DNA of 64,000 bases, from contig JBGPLB010000003.1 in assembly GCA_041486245.1 (NCBI GenBank), positions 5,032 to 69,031 on the forward strand. Direction: 5' to 3'. Source of the stretch: Candidatus Acidiferrum sp. Lineage in GTDB: Bacteria; Acidobacteriota; Terriglobia; Acidiferrales; UBA7541. How positions within the stretch are numbered: the first letter of the stretch is position 1; the number at the start of each line of letters is the position of its first letter. The notes below the pieces were generated by a model. That model was not told the DNA's origin, made no database searches, and saw only the letters and a program-made list of their open reading frames with translations. This document shows positions 8,176 through 19,100 of the stretch, piece by piece. The position numbers and the translations under genes are program-made.

Positions 8176-9759
8176 ATGGAAATACTTGGTAAATCCCTGA
8201 TTGGTCTTCGCGACTCCGCATCCACTGGCGCTCCTTTCAGCGCGTGGAATCCAGCCACCGGCGAGAAAATCGCCCCGGCCTTTTTTTCCGCAAGCCCGGA
8301 AGATGTGCGGCGAGCGGCCGAGCTCGCCAGCGATGCATTTCTCGTTTACTCACGCTTGCCTGGGCGTGAGCGAGCTTCTTTCCTCAATCGCATTGCTTCT
8401 CGCCTCGAATCGATCACCGATTTACTCGTTGCGCGCGCGCATGCCGAAACAGCACTTCCCGAGCCGCGCCTGAAATCAGAAACGGCACGCACTTGCAATC
8501 AACTTCGTCTGTTTGCTTCCGTACTCGAGGAAGGCTCCTGGGTTTCCGCGCGCATCGACCACGCGGATCCCCAACGCAAGCCCCTGCCCAAACCTGATGT
8601 CCGCTCGATGTTGTTTCCCCTCGGACCCGTAGTCGTATTCGGAGCCAGCAATTTTCCGCTCGCCTTTTCGGTTGCTGGCGGTGATACCGCCTCCGCGTTA
8701 GCCGCTGGAAATCCGGTGATCGTCAAAGCACATCCCGCCCATCCGGGCACCAGCGAGCTTGTTGGGCGCGCCATTCGTGACTGCCTTCGCGAGCAGCGTT
8801 TACCCGAAGGCGTGTTTGCTCTCCTGTTCGACTGCGGAACGGAAGTCGGCGCGAAGCTCGTTCAGCATCCGCTCGTCAAGGCCGTCGGTTTCACCGGCTC
8901 AATCGCCGCCGGACGCGCTCTGATGGACTTGGCAGTCCGTCGGCCGGAGCCCATCCCCTTCTACGGCGAAATGGGCAGCACCAATCCGGTATTTATTTTG
9001 CCGGGTGCCATGGCTGCGCGCGGAAAGGAGATCGCTTCTCAGCTTCACGCTTCTTTCACTCTGGGAAGCGGGCAATTCTGCACTAAACCTGGCTTGGTTT
9101 TCCTTCCAAAACAGAATGCCTCCACGAATTTCTTTCCTGAATTCCAAGACAAAGTCGCCCATTCCTCCAAATTTACGCTTCTGACCTCCGGCATTCGAAA
9201 CTCCTATCAACGCGAAATCCAGAATCGTAAGGATCGCCGAGATTTAACTCTAGTGGCCGAAGGCGAACAGACGGGCCCCGGCCAAGCCTTCCTTGCGGGA
9301 GTTGCGGTTTTCCAAACGGATGTTCCCAATTTATTGAGCAGTCCCGACCTGGGATCCGAAGTTTTTGGTCCCTCGACACTGTTGGTTCGTTTTTCAACGA
9401 ACGACGAACTTCTCGAGGCCGCTCGCAGTCTCAACGGCCATCTCACCGCCACGATTCACGGCACCGAGGAAGACCTGCATGAATTTTCCGACTTGGTCCA
9501 GATACTAAGAGACAAGGTCGGCCGCATCGTTTTCAACGGTTATCCCACCGGCGTTGAAGTCTGTCACGCCATGGTCCACGGCGGGCCCTACCCCGCGAGC
9601 ACCGACAGCCGCACCACCTCCGTCGGCTCGCAAGCCATTTTTCGCTTCGCACGTCCCGTCTGCTATCAGGATTTCCCGCAATCCGCGCTCCCCGACGAAT
9701 TGAAAAATGGCAACCCGCTGGGAATCTGGATAATGGTAGACGGCAAGTTCACGCGATGA
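8176..9759 (+). CDS. NAD(P)+ aldehyde dehydrogenase, alpha-ketoglutarate semialdehyde dehydrogenase-type
   Basis: 527 aa. ALDH motifs EMGSTNP (catalytic Glu) and GSGQFCTKPG (catalytic Cys). Last gene of the Hyp operon. Confidence 0.9.
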   Translation: MEILGKSLIGLRDSASTGAPFSAWNPATGEKIAPAFFSASPEDVRRAAELASDAFLVYSRLPGRERASFLNRIASRLESITDLLVARAHAETALPEPRLKSETARTCNQLRLFASVLEEGSWVSARIDHADPQRKPLPKPDVRSMLFPLGPVVVFGASNFPLAFSVAGGDTASALAAGNPVIVKAHPAHPGTSELVGRAIRDCLREQRLPEGVFALLFDCGTEVGAKLVQHPLVKAVGFTGSIAAGRALMDLAVRRPEPIPFYGEMGSTNPVFILPGAMAARGKEIASQLHASFTLGSGQFCTKPGLVFLPKQNASTNFFPEFQDKVAHSSKFTLLTSGIRNSYQREIQNRKDRRDLTLVAEGEQTGPGQAFLAGVAVFQTDVPNLLSSPDLGSEVFGPSTLLVRFSTNDELLEAARSLNGHLTATIHGTEEDLHEFSDLVQILRDKVGRIVFNGYPTGVEVCHAMVHGGPYPASTDSRTTSVGSQAIFRFARPVCYQDFPQSALPDELKNGNPLGIWIMVDGKFTR

Positions 9760-9943
9760 CAGTTGTAAATTTGACATTTATTTTATAGTCTCAACGAGGT
9801 GCGCAAAGCTGTCCACAGGACTGGAGTGGCAAATTCGCCTAGTCAGATCCGGGCCGCCGGCAATTTTTGTGAAATCCGGTAACTTTTAGTACTACGTCTT
9901 GGCCCGCTTGCTTGGGTGATACTTGTTTGGTGAACTTGCAACT

Positions 9944-10666
9944 ATGAAAGCAACGAATCCTCGTTCAACTATCGAGTCGATTTCTCCGAGAAAATCGGAC
10001 CCCATCCGAAGGCAATCTCTTTCTGCGGCCGTCGTCGAGCGCCTCCGGGAAAAAATTCTCACCGGCGAACTGCGCGAAGGTGAACAGCTTCGCCAGGATG
10101 CCATTGCCACTGAATTTCAGATTAGCCGCATCCCCGTGCGTGAAGCTCTAAGCCATTTGGCTGCCGAAGGCCTCATCACCATTGTCGCCAATCGCGGCGC
10201 GATTGTTTCTGCTCTGTCACCCGACGAGATCATGCAGATGTTCGAAACGCGCGCCGTTCTCGAATGCTATATGCTGCGTCACGCCATCCCGAACATGAAG
10301 CAAGAGGATTTTCAGCGTGCGGAAGACATCCTCGTTCAGTACGAGCAGTCCCTCAAGAAGGATTCCGAAGTGAAGTCCTGGGGCCAGTGGAACTGGAGTT
10401 TTCACTCCGCCCTCTACGCTCCCGCCAATCGTCCTTTCATGCTCTCTTTCTTGAAGACTTTGAATATCAATTGTGACCGCTACACTCGTCTCCATCTTGT
10501 CTTTACCCGCGACCTCCACCGGGCCGGCGAGGCGCACCGCGAACTTCTCGCTGCCTGCAAGACGAAAGATCCTGAGATCGCTGCCACCGCTCTGTGGAAA
10601 CACATCACGGAAGCTGGCGAATACTTGAAAGAATTCATCACGCGTCATCGCGAACAGCATTCCTAA
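9944..10666 (+). CDS. GntR-family transcriptional regulator (FadR/FCD subfamily)
   Basis: wHTH region LREGEQLRQDAIATEFQISRIPVREALSHLAAEGLI followed by an all-helical FCD-like C-domain. The start is either the ATG at 9944 or the TTG at 9923. Confidence 0.9.
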   Translation: MKATNPRSTIESISPRKSDPIRRQSLSAAVVERLREKILTGELREGEQLRQDAIATEFQISRIPVREALSHLAAEGLITIVANRGAIVSALSPDEIMQMFETRAVLECYMLRHAIPNMKQEDFQRAEDILVQYEQSLKKDSEVKSWGQWNWSFHSALYAPANRPFMLSFLKTLNINCDRYTRLHLVFTRDLHRAGEAHRELLAACKTKDPEIAATALWKHITEAGEYLKEFITRHREQHS

Positions 10667-10700
10667 AACGCCGAAATGTGCCCGCATCGATGCTGTCTCT

Positions 10701-13100
10701 TTATCGGGCAAGGTCTGCGCGGATTATCCGAACGCCAAACACGCCAGGAATATCGCTTCCGGCGGACGCTTCGAACCGTACCGTCACTTTCCGGTTGCCC
10801 TCGATCAACTCGGAGGGAATCGCGTACTCAACGTCGAAGAACTGCACGTCCAGTTCGGGACTTCGTCTTTGCGTTTTTTGTTCTCCCACTTTCTTTCCAT
10901 CCACGAGGATCTCGAACGAGCCATCCCGTCGCGCATCATTACTGAACGTGATAATCAGTCCCATCGGATGACTTGCTTCCACCGGCACGTCAAATGAGAA
11001 CCATTTTGTGCCCCCGCGGCCATAGCGTCCCATCAATTGGACCGGAGCACTATCCTCGCCCTGCTGGTTGAAGTCGCGTTCCGTCTGCATTTGTCCCGGC
11101 TGTGCAAACGCTACAGTTACCGCCTCGAGCCTCTTCTGTTTTTCCTGTTCAGCGGCGACAGCTTCGGACTTTTTCTTCCACTCTTCCGGAGTGTACATGT
11201 CCCAGTAGATGGCGTACCGGCGACGTGGCAGTTGATAGAATGGGACGAAACTGATCTCCGTTTTTAGGCCGGCGCCGGAGGTCACAAACGTTCCGGGCTT
11301 GCCTTCCACTGGTTTCAGCCAGTTGTGGACCAACTGCTCCTTGGCCACCAGCACCGGTGCGGATTCTACCGCGCCTCCGTTTCGTCGTGTCTGCCTTTCC
11401 GGGATCTCCGCCCCGAGATCTCCCGCCAGCACCAGGGGCCCCCACATCACCGCGAATCGATTCGGGTTGTCGGGCAATGTCTCTTTGCGAAGAGTTTTCG
11501 GCAAAACTAATTCCACCATGTCCCCCTTTTTCCACGTCCGAGTGATCTCAACGTAAGAATCAGCCTTCGGTAGATCCTTCACCCCTTGGCCATTCACTTT
11601 GACGCCGAAGCCCGTGCCCGCCCAATACGGCCGCCGCAGAGCCAACGTGAATCTTTTCGGTGATTTGGGCGTGACCCTTAGGGACGCGGCTTCACCCATG
11701 GGGAAATCGGTATTCATTTCGAGTTGAACGCCCGCGGTTTCCCAATTCGCGCGGGACGGCGCATACATGCTTACCCAGAGCTTGTCCGCGGATTCGTAGT
11801 AGATGCCATATCCGTGGAGGGCGTGACTCTCCATGCCGGTGCCCACGCAGCACGTAAAGTCCTCGAACTTGTCCTGATATTCGTGTTGAACTCCGCGCCC
11901 GACAGGCACCATATAGCACACGCGCCCATCACTGGGGTCCTGGGACGCAAGAATGTGATTGAACAGCGCCCGCTCGTGGAAGTCCGCATAGCGGATCTCC
12001 GGATCGACGGAGAAAAGTGTGCGCGACATTTTGATCATGTTGTAGACGTTGCAGGTTTCTGCCGTGCGTCCGTCGATCATGTTGTTCAGCTTGTCGGCTG
12101 GGCCGAAGTATTCATTCTTGCCATGCCCGCCGGTGGCATAACTGTGATGCAGCGCTACCTCGTCCCAGAAGTTTGTCGCGGCTTTGTGGTCGGTTTCATC
12201 GCCGGTGTAGATGTACCTTGCCAGCGATCCAATCATTTTCGGCACCTGCGTGTTCCCGTGCTTGCCGCCAAGGATGTCTTGCCCGGCAACAAGTGGATCA
12301 ATCATGGCGCGGTGCTCAAATTTGCCGGAGAGCGCCAGCCAGCGCGCATCGCCCGTGTCGGCGTAGAGATCGGCGGTCACTTCGTTCATTCCCCCGAATT
12401 CAGTTGCCAGCATCTTTTGCGTTTGCTCGTCGTCCAGTTTGGAAACAATACTCTCGACCCAGCCCGCGAACTTGATCTCGACTTCTAAGGCTGTCTGGTT
12501 GCCGGTGTAACGGTAGGCATCCCGAAGTCCGGCAAAAATCTTGTGCTCCACGTACCACGGCGACCACAGCCCATTCAAATCAAAGCCACCCGATCGGATA
12601 ATGCCTTTGCATAATTCCTGGAATCGTACTTTTCCATCCACGCCTTGATTGTCCATCAGCGCGCCCAGGTAGCCATCGCCTTGCGCATCCTGGATTGTCT
12701 TCAGTTCACTTACGATATAGTCGGCGCGCTCCTTGAAGCGCACATCGCCGGTGGCGGCCCACATCAGACTCACCGCCGAGAGATAATGCCCGGCAATATG
12801 GCCCGTCAGTTGTCTCCCAGGGCCATCCCAGCCCCCGTAACCTTTTGCCTTGGGCTCCAGCCCGGCCCGCTGGCGAAGGAAAGCCAGCATCCGATCCGGT
12901 TCGAGTTCGAGCAAATATTTCGCGTCTAGCTCTTGCGCGTTCTTCAGCGGGCCTCCGGTGAGACGCACGCTATCCAATGGCAGCGGCCGAACTTTCAGAA
13001 TCTTGTTTTCCGAGATCCGCGCGGCGTTGGGAGCCTGTGCATGAGCCGGGCCCTGCAAAAACAATGCGATGAGTGGTACAGCGAACAAGCATTTCCGCAC
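10701..13100 (-). CDS. Glycoside hydrolase family 127 (DUF1680) beta-L-arabinofuranosidase-like, secreted, with a C-terminal beta-sandwich-like extension
   Basis: GTG at 13100 lies 5 nt after GGAGG (13106-13110, minus strand) and gives the signal peptide VRKCLFAVPLIALFLQGPAHAQA. GH127 hallmarks are GGWDGPGRQLTGHIAGHYLSA, AETCNVYN and FTCCVGTGMESHA (the Glu/Cys3 metal-site pattern of HypBA1-type enzymes). Confidence 0.9.
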   Translation of the reverse strand: MRKCLFAVPLIALFLQGPAHAQAPNAARISENKILKVRPLPLDSVRLTGGPLKNAQELDAKYLLELEPDRMLAFLRQRAGLEPKAKGYGGWDGPGRQLTGHIAGHYLSAVSLMWAATGDVRFKERADYIVSELKTIQDAQGDGYLGALMDNQGVDGKVRFQELCKGIIRSGGFDLNGLWSPWYVEHKIFAGLRDAYRYTGNQTALEVEIKFAGWVESIVSKLDDEQTQKMLATEFGGMNEVTADLYADTGDARWLALSGKFEHRAMIDPLVAGQDILGGKHGNTQVPKMIGSLARYIYTGDETDHKAATNFWDEVALHHSYATGGHGKNEYFGPADKLNNMIDGRTAETCNVYNMIKMSRTLFSVDPEIRYADFHERALFNHILASQDPSDGRVCYMVPVGRGVQHEYQDKFEDFTCCVGTGMESHALHGYGIYYESADKLWVSMYAPSRANWETAGVQLEMNTDFPMGEAASLRVTPKSPKRFTLALRRPYWAGTGFGVKVNGQGVKDLPKADSYVEITRTWKKGDMVELVLPKTLRKETLPDNPNRFAVMWGPLVLAGDLGAEIPERQTRRNGGAVESAPVLVAKEQLVHNWLKPVEGKPGTFVTSGAGLKTEISFVPFYQLPRRRYAIYWDMYTPEEWKKKSEAVAAEQEKQKRLEAVTVAFAQPGQMQTERDFNQQGEDSAPVQLMGRYGRGGTKWFSFDVPVEASHPMGLIITFSNDARRDGSFEILVDGKKVGEQKTQRRSPELDVQFFDVEYAIPSELIEGNRKVTVRFEASAGSDIPGVFGVRIIRADLAR

Positions 13101-13188
13101 AATAACCTCCTGAACTACACGAGAAAATTGTTCTGCCTCGTTTATTCGACGTCGAGTTTGCACTAAAGCGCAGCGGTACCGGGCACAA

Positions 13189-15987
13189 TTACTGCTTCGC
13201 AGTGAGCTCCACCCAGGCAATCTTTTTCCTGAGGGGAATCACATAAGCCCCGCGTTCTTCTTTCAGAGGCTCCGTTGGTCGATAGCGGACCGCGGCGCTC
13301 GTCTTCGCGGGTTGTTCGATACGCAGCAGCGCCGAGTGCAGATAGTCTGTCGCGGCCGAAAATCCAAGGCGTATCGCACCCGTCTTCGAATTGACTTCGA
13401 TCTCTTCGAATTGTCCGGCGTCCAATGTCAGCCAAACTCCCGCCTGTGCAAGATAGACACGCATGCGAAACGAATCGCGCGGCGTAACCTTGACGATGTT
13501 CCCAACGACGCGAGTGTTTCCTCCAAACGTCACCCATCCGAATTCCGGGTGATCCACGATGTACGTTGCCGTGTTCCACGCATGTCCGAACAGGTTCGGC
13601 CCGTCGTCTCCAGTAATCCCGTCCGGTCTCAGCATGTCGGGAAACCCATGAAACGCCGGCGCAAGAAATCCTTCCTGATCAATGTCCGAAATTGTTCCCA
13701 TCGTGCCGCCGTATCCCACTCGCAACAGATAAAAATCATTCGGATGCTCCCGGTATTCCGCCAGCAAGGGAATCGCGTTCAGGCTCGATCCGTAGTGGTG
13801 CAACTGGCGTTCAAGCCGCCGAAACTTGCCAGCGAAAATGAAGTCCCAATATCGCCGGGCGCTGCCGTTGTATCCCCAATGAGGAATCGTCGGGTCGTAG
13901 CCAAGAATGGCATTCAGAGTCACCTCCGCTTTTTCCTCGTAGCCGAAGTGCTTCATCCACGCATAAACCTCTTCTTGTCCCGTCGAGTCCCACGGCATCT
14001 CGCTCCCAAACGGATAGGCTTCCTCCTTCCACCTATCTGCGCGCACCCGCATCTTCGCTTCCAGATCGTTCGCTTGCGCGCTCATACCTTCGCGCCGCAG
14101 ATCGGCCAACACCTGAAGAAAGATGTCTCCTTCCATTTGGCCGAACACCGCGTATTCGGGCGCTAACTTCACCATCGCAATCGACGTCTCATACGCATTT
14201 GTCAAATACCAGTCCCACGGATGATTCGTGACCAATCCCTCGTAGTTACGCGCCAACCGGTACAACACCCAGTGGGCCGCGACCACGTGAAGATAATTAA
14301 AAGAGCGGTCCACTCGCTCCGCGTGCGCTTTATCCCAGCTCGTCCACGTAGTCCAATCGAAATCTTTTCGATAGAAGCCCGCCGGCATCTGATCCGGCTG
14401 GTAATAGAACAGACTCTTGCGAACGCCGAATTTCTTCGGGCCCTCTTTGTACTGCAGGCCGCCCCACAACACGCCATCCACAAACTGCTGAAACTTACCC
14501 AGCTCTTCTTTATTCGGCTCACCGAGCTGTTTCATTATCGTCGCCACCCACGCGCCGCCGCCTCCTTCGTCTCCGAGTCCCGCAATCCACGCCCGGCTGT
14601 CTTGCGTCACGATTTCGTTAGTCTCGCGGTCGTAACTCATGATCGAGGGGGCACGATGGAATGGATCGTTGGGTTCGGTGAACCATTGTTTTGTCGTGAG
14701 AAAGTGCCCCATGTCCGCGAGCGCCCGCGCTTCCGGCTTGGTCACAAAATAATGGACTGTCTGAACCAATCCATCCTCGTAAGTAACAGTCAGCCGCGCC
14801 CGTCCCCACTGCTTTCCCTGCACCACGTAGTCTTTCCATCCACCGGCCGTGTGCGCATTTTCTCGGAGCGTCATCGCTCCCGCAGGCTCCACCGTCATCG
14901 ACTTTACCGCTCGGGGATACTCCAGGAACAGCCGGGCTTCCATGTCCGTCGGCAAAACATAGCCGGGAATTCCCACAGCCACTGGCCGGCCGTTCTCCGC
15001 GAGAGTCTTGTCGATATCTCGAATCGAGTCCGCCGTCACAAACTCCACGCCGTATGTCTTCGTTTCGCCTGGGGCCAGTGTCTCCTGCGTAGGCGGATTC
15101 CAAGGCGATGCTTTTTTCCACTCGTTCTCCGCATAGGCAGCGCTGTGGACCATCCATTCGTAAAACCCTTCGAACGTAATTCCTCGCGGTGTCGGATCGT
15201 GGAAAATAGAAGCGCTGCTCGAGCGGCGTGCGTCGAGGATCGGGTTGTACGCCTCAAACCGCGTCTTACCGATGGGAAGAACTAGCAAAGCAGGGCCGTG
15301 TCCGCTCAATCGCGTCACCTGCAGATAACCCGCGTCCCCACCGATGTACGGGTCATAGAACGAACAAATTGCGTGAGCCTGCTCCAGAGATCGATTATTC
15401 AACACATTGTTGAAAATCATCGGGATACCGAGCGCACCGATCTCCACGGGTTGCGCTGACTTGTTTTTCACGCTGAACCGTAAAGCGAGGTTGGTTCCCT
15501 CGAGTCCCCAGGTTCGAACAATTTGCACAGGTATCTCCGCCGGCAGCGTCGGCCCCAAATCGGCCGCGGCCAAGACTCGCGCAGAGGTGGGAAGCGCGCT
15601 AACGGGAGTGCGGGCCAGGGCTGTCGAGTAATTTCTCCATTCTCCTGAATCGCCCGTTCGAAGCCGGAGATCGATGTCACCCAAATGGTAGTAACCGTCC
15701 TTGGATCGCTCCTCCAACAGATCGCCTGGCGTAAAGTCGAACTCACCCGCTCCCTTCGGTTTAAGCGCGGCAATCGTCTGCGAGGAACGTACCAGCCGGA
15801 CGAAGAAACCGGATGTTTCCAAATCCAAATAACCCTGATCAAGCATCGGCCCGGGAGTGGGCGGCTCTTTCTTCCGCTGTTGCTGCGCTCGCCCAGTCCA
15901 TATCACGGTCGCCGCCGCCATCGCGAGAGCCGCAAGGGCAGCCACTCTCCTGCCATTCCATCGAGCAGTGCTCACGTCTGGCTTCAT
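13189..15987 (-). CDS. Large secreted protein of unknown function, paralog A (possibly DUF5695-like; not verified)
   Basis: 932-aa ORF with an N-terminal hydrophobic anchor or signal (RRVAALAALAMAAATVIW). Shares collinear motifs with the divergent gene at 16179-19397. Confidence 0.85.
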   Translation of the reverse strand: MKPDVSTARWNGRRVAALAALAMAAATVIWTGRAQQQRKKEPPTPGPMLDQGYLDLETSGFFVRLVRSSQTIAALKPKGAGEFDFTPGDLLEERSKDGYYHLGDIDLRLRTGDSGEWRNYSTALARTPVSALPTSARVLAAADLGPTLPAEIPVQIVRTWGLEGTNLALRFSVKNKSAQPVEIGALGIPMIFNNVLNNRSLEQAHAICSFYDPYIGGDAGYLQVTRLSGHGPALLVLPIGKTRFEAYNPILDARRSSSASIFHDPTPRGITFEGFYEWMVHSAAYAENEWKKASPWNPPTQETLAPGETKTYGVEFVTADSIRDIDKTLAENGRPVAVGIPGYVLPTDMEARLFLEYPRAVKSMTVEPAGAMTLRENAHTAGGWKDYVVQGKQWGRARLTVTYEDGLVQTVHYFVTKPEARALADMGHFLTTKQWFTEPNDPFHRAPSIMSYDRETNEIVTQDSRAWIAGLGDEGGGGAWVATIMKQLGEPNKEELGKFQQFVDGVLWGGLQYKEGPKKFGVRKSLFYYQPDQMPAGFYRKDFDWTTWTSWDKAHAERVDRSFNYLHVVAAHWVLYRLARNYEGLVTNHPWDWYLTNAYETSIAMVKLAPEYAVFGQMEGDIFLQVLADLRREGMSAQANDLEAKMRVRADRWKEEAYPFGSEMPWDSTGQEEVYAWMKHFGYEEKAEVTLNAILGYDPTIPHWGYNGSARRYWDFIFAGKFRRLERQLHHYGSSLNAIPLLAEYREHPNDFYLLRVGYGGTMGTISDIDQEGFLAPAFHGFPDMLRPDGITGDDGPNLFGHAWNTATYIVDHPEFGWVTFGGNTRVVGNIVKVTPRDSFRMRVYLAQAGVWLTLDAGQFEEIEVNSKTGAIRLGFSAATDYLHSALLRIEQPAKTSAAVRYRPTEPLKEERGAYVIPLRKKIAWVELTAKQ

Positions 15988-16113
15988 GTCCCAGTCCTCA
16001 TCGTCAACCTGTCGAGTTCCGAGCTAATCGATTCTTGCAGCGGTCTACGTTTGTAAGCGCTTCCGCCGTGTTCGTCCCCCACCATTGCGGCCGCGGGAGA
16101 AACCCATTTCGAT

Positions 16114-16128
16114 TGCATAATATATGCA
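16114..16128. promoter_or_regulatory. AT-rich inverted repeat TGCATA-ATA-TATGCA in the divergent promoter region of the paralog pair
   Basis: 6-bp arms read directly from the sequence. An 8-bp palindrome AATCGATT lies at 16026-16033 in the same 190-bp intergenic region. Confidence 0.3.
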
Positions 16129-16178
16129 CTGTGCTACATTGCAAGCGCTTACTTTATTCTTCCTCCGGAGGTCCTTCC

Positions 16179-19100
16179 TTGCGCTTCTCCTTTACCTTCC
16201 TTTTCCTCGCCGCTTTCTCCCTTCCCCCACTCGCTTCCCCTCAATCCCTCCAAAATTCCGAGTTCCATGTCACCTACTCGTCCTCCGGCGTTACCAACCT
16301 CAAGCGCGTTCAGGACAAATACGACACCGACTACATCGCCCGCGGGCGCACTCTTGGCGACATTCTCATTCGCTACCGCTCCGAGGGCGAAAAAGAGTGG
16401 AGGAAAGCGTCCGCGGCACTTCTGGATCCCAAGAATTCTTCGCCCGAGCAGAACGTCACTTTCTCCATCGGTGAGCTCGTGCCTACTCTCGCTTCCCTGG
16501 CTCGCCCCTCGGATTCTGTTCATTCACCCGCAGTTTCTGCCCTCAACGATCAACTCCTGCCGGAAAATTCTCAAGACGAGAGCATTCCACGCTTCTTCTG
16601 GTTCGGCCGAAATGGAACCGCCGAATGGGTGCAATACGATTTTCCCGAGCCAAAACAAGTCCACTCGGTCCAAGTCTACTGGGCTATTCACGACGAGGAC
16701 GCCAACCCCGGCAGGCTGCCCAAGAGCTGGCGCATCCTTTACCGCGATGGCGAGGACTGGAAGGAAGTAAACTCTCGAACTAGCTATCCTGTCGCAGCTG
16801 ACCGGATCAACACAATCGAGTTCGATCCTGTCACAACTTCTGCTCTCCGCATCGAGGCACAGCTGCAAGACGGCGCCACCGCTGGCATGTTCCTGTGGGG
16901 CCTCAATGGCGAAGGTAGAGAGGTCGCTCCAATCCACGACCTGCATGCCAGCGAGAGTTTCCACCTTCAAGACAACGCGCTGATTTGGACGATCTCGCTG
17001 AAAAACGAGTCCACGCGCGAACTCGAAATTGGCGACCTCGCCCTGCCTATTCAGTTCAATACCCAGTATGTTTGGGACAAGACCGAGACGTACACCAAGC
17101 GTCTCATCCCGCACACTCTGATCGCGGGGAACGGCTCATTTCTCTTTTGGATGCGCACCAACACGGAAGGTCCTTACCTAGTGATGACTCCTGCCCCAGG
17201 CAGCGGCCTCGAGTACTTTGAGCCGCGGGGATTTGGACGCGGCGTCGCTTACTACATCCACTCGGCGGCAGCCGGCGAGGAGTTGCAGGCGAAGGGCGGC
17301 ACATGGCGCTTGCCGCACACCAAAATTCTCCTTCAGCCCAGCGGCCAATCTGGCGATTCCGCGACCTATCAATTTCGTTTCCGTTGGGCCGAAGACTACA
17401 GCGCGGTCAGGAATGTTCTTTACGAGGATGGGGATTTCGACATCAATGTCGTCCCCGGAATGACCATCCCCACCGATTTGACGGCAATGTTTTCCCTTCG
17501 CACACACAATAAGATTCGCGCTGTTGTGCCCGAACATCCAGAGGCTACGCGGATTGAATACCTCGGAGTACGCGGCAAAGACGTGCACGTCTACAAAGTC
17601 CGCTTCTCGCGCTTGGGCGAGAATTTATTGAAAGTGGATTACGGAAACTCGCAGTATCTCTCGCTCGAGTTCTTCGTCACCGAACCTCTCGAAACGCTTT
17701 TCAAGAAGCGCGCTTCGTTCCTCGTCTCCCAAGAACAGGTCAACGATTCATCCAAGTGGTACAAGACGGTCTTCTCCCAATGGGATATGAAACATGAAAT
17801 TCTGCGCAGTCCCGACGATTTGGACGGTTTGCAGTCCTACGCCGTAGCGTCCGATGACCCCGCGCTGGGAAAGGCTCCCTACATCGCAGGCAAAAACATT
17901 TTCTATCCTTCACAGCCCGAGATTGATGCCGTTGAAAGCTATCTCAAAGACTTTGTCTGGGGCGGCCTGCAAGAAACGGACAAGGAGCCCTATCCCTACG
18001 CCATTTATGGAATTCCGAACTGGAAAGTAAATCGCGACAGTTCCAAAGACGATCCCAGTGGGAAAAAGCACATCTGGAGAATCTACGATTATCCGCACGT
18101 CATCCTCCTTTACTACAACATGTACAGGGTCGCGAAGCTTTACCCTTCGATGACCAAATACCTCGATAAAGACGCTTACCTCGAACGCGCTTTTGGCACG
18201 GCGAAAGCTTTTTTCACTGTTCCGCTGGAGATTGTGAAATGGTCGCCCTATGAAACCGGAACCTACAACGAGGTAGTGATTCCGGACCTCATCGACGCCC
18301 TATATGAGAACGGTCACAAGGAGCAGGGGGATTGGCTGAAAGCCGCTTGGGAGAAGAAGGTCAAGCATTTCATCAACGACCATCCGTATCTCTTTGGATC
18401 GGAGTATCCCTTTGATTCCACTGGATTTGAGTCCACTCATGCCTTTGCAAAATACGCGATCGGCCATGTCTTGCATCCTCGAGAAACCGCACGCCCGGGA
18501 GAATCGGCCGACGTATTTAACCGAACGGTTAAATATGAAGACGCCGTTTCATTCCTGGAAGAGCAGATGAAGCTCAATCTCGCCTGCCGCGGCTGGCTGG
18601 AAACCGCTTACTACTATCTCGGCAGTGATTATCGCGGTTCGGGCCCTTCCAACTACACACTGAGTTACATGGCGCAGATGGGCGGCTGGGCTGTCTCGGA
18701 TTACGCGCTCTATTTTGCACGCGATCCGATTCCGTACCTGCGGCTTGGCTACGCTTCGTACTTGAGTTCCTGGGCGCTGCTGAATTCCGGCACCCCGGAG
18801 TCCAACTACGGCTACTGGTATCCGGGCAAGAACAACGATGGCGGCGCGGGCGGAGGGTTCGAGCCAAGACCCTGGGGACGCGCGTGGTTCGGCAATAAGG
18901 AGATGGGACGCGGCTCGTGGTGGTACTCCGGCGAAATCGATCTCGGATACAGCGGCGCGCTGCGTTCCGCCGCAACAATCGTGGTAGATGATCCGATTTT
19001 TGGGCTATTTGCGTATGGCGGAGAGCTTTCCAGGGAGAAAAATTTAATTCAGGTGATCCCCAAGGATGGGTTGCGTGCGCGATTCCATATTATGCGCGGC

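Noticed and set aside
13312-15285. Two long plus-strand ORFs (284 and 354 aa) inside paralog A.
   Set aside because: They are antisense shadow ORFs. They are Arg-rich, lack motifs and lie entirely within a 932-aa ORF that has a recognisable paralog.
15813-16178. N-terminal extension of the paralog B ORF, overlapping the 5' end of the divergent gene.
   Set aside because: An in-frame TTG at 16179 with a well-spaced GGAGG gives a proper signal peptide. The extension would overlap the opposite gene and its promoter. Similar extensions were trimmed at 5744-5938, 7084-7233, 13101-13220, 19527-19628, 39219-39278, 44049-44111, 47808-47915, 50665-50841, 53635-53712, 55271-55417 and 59975-59995.
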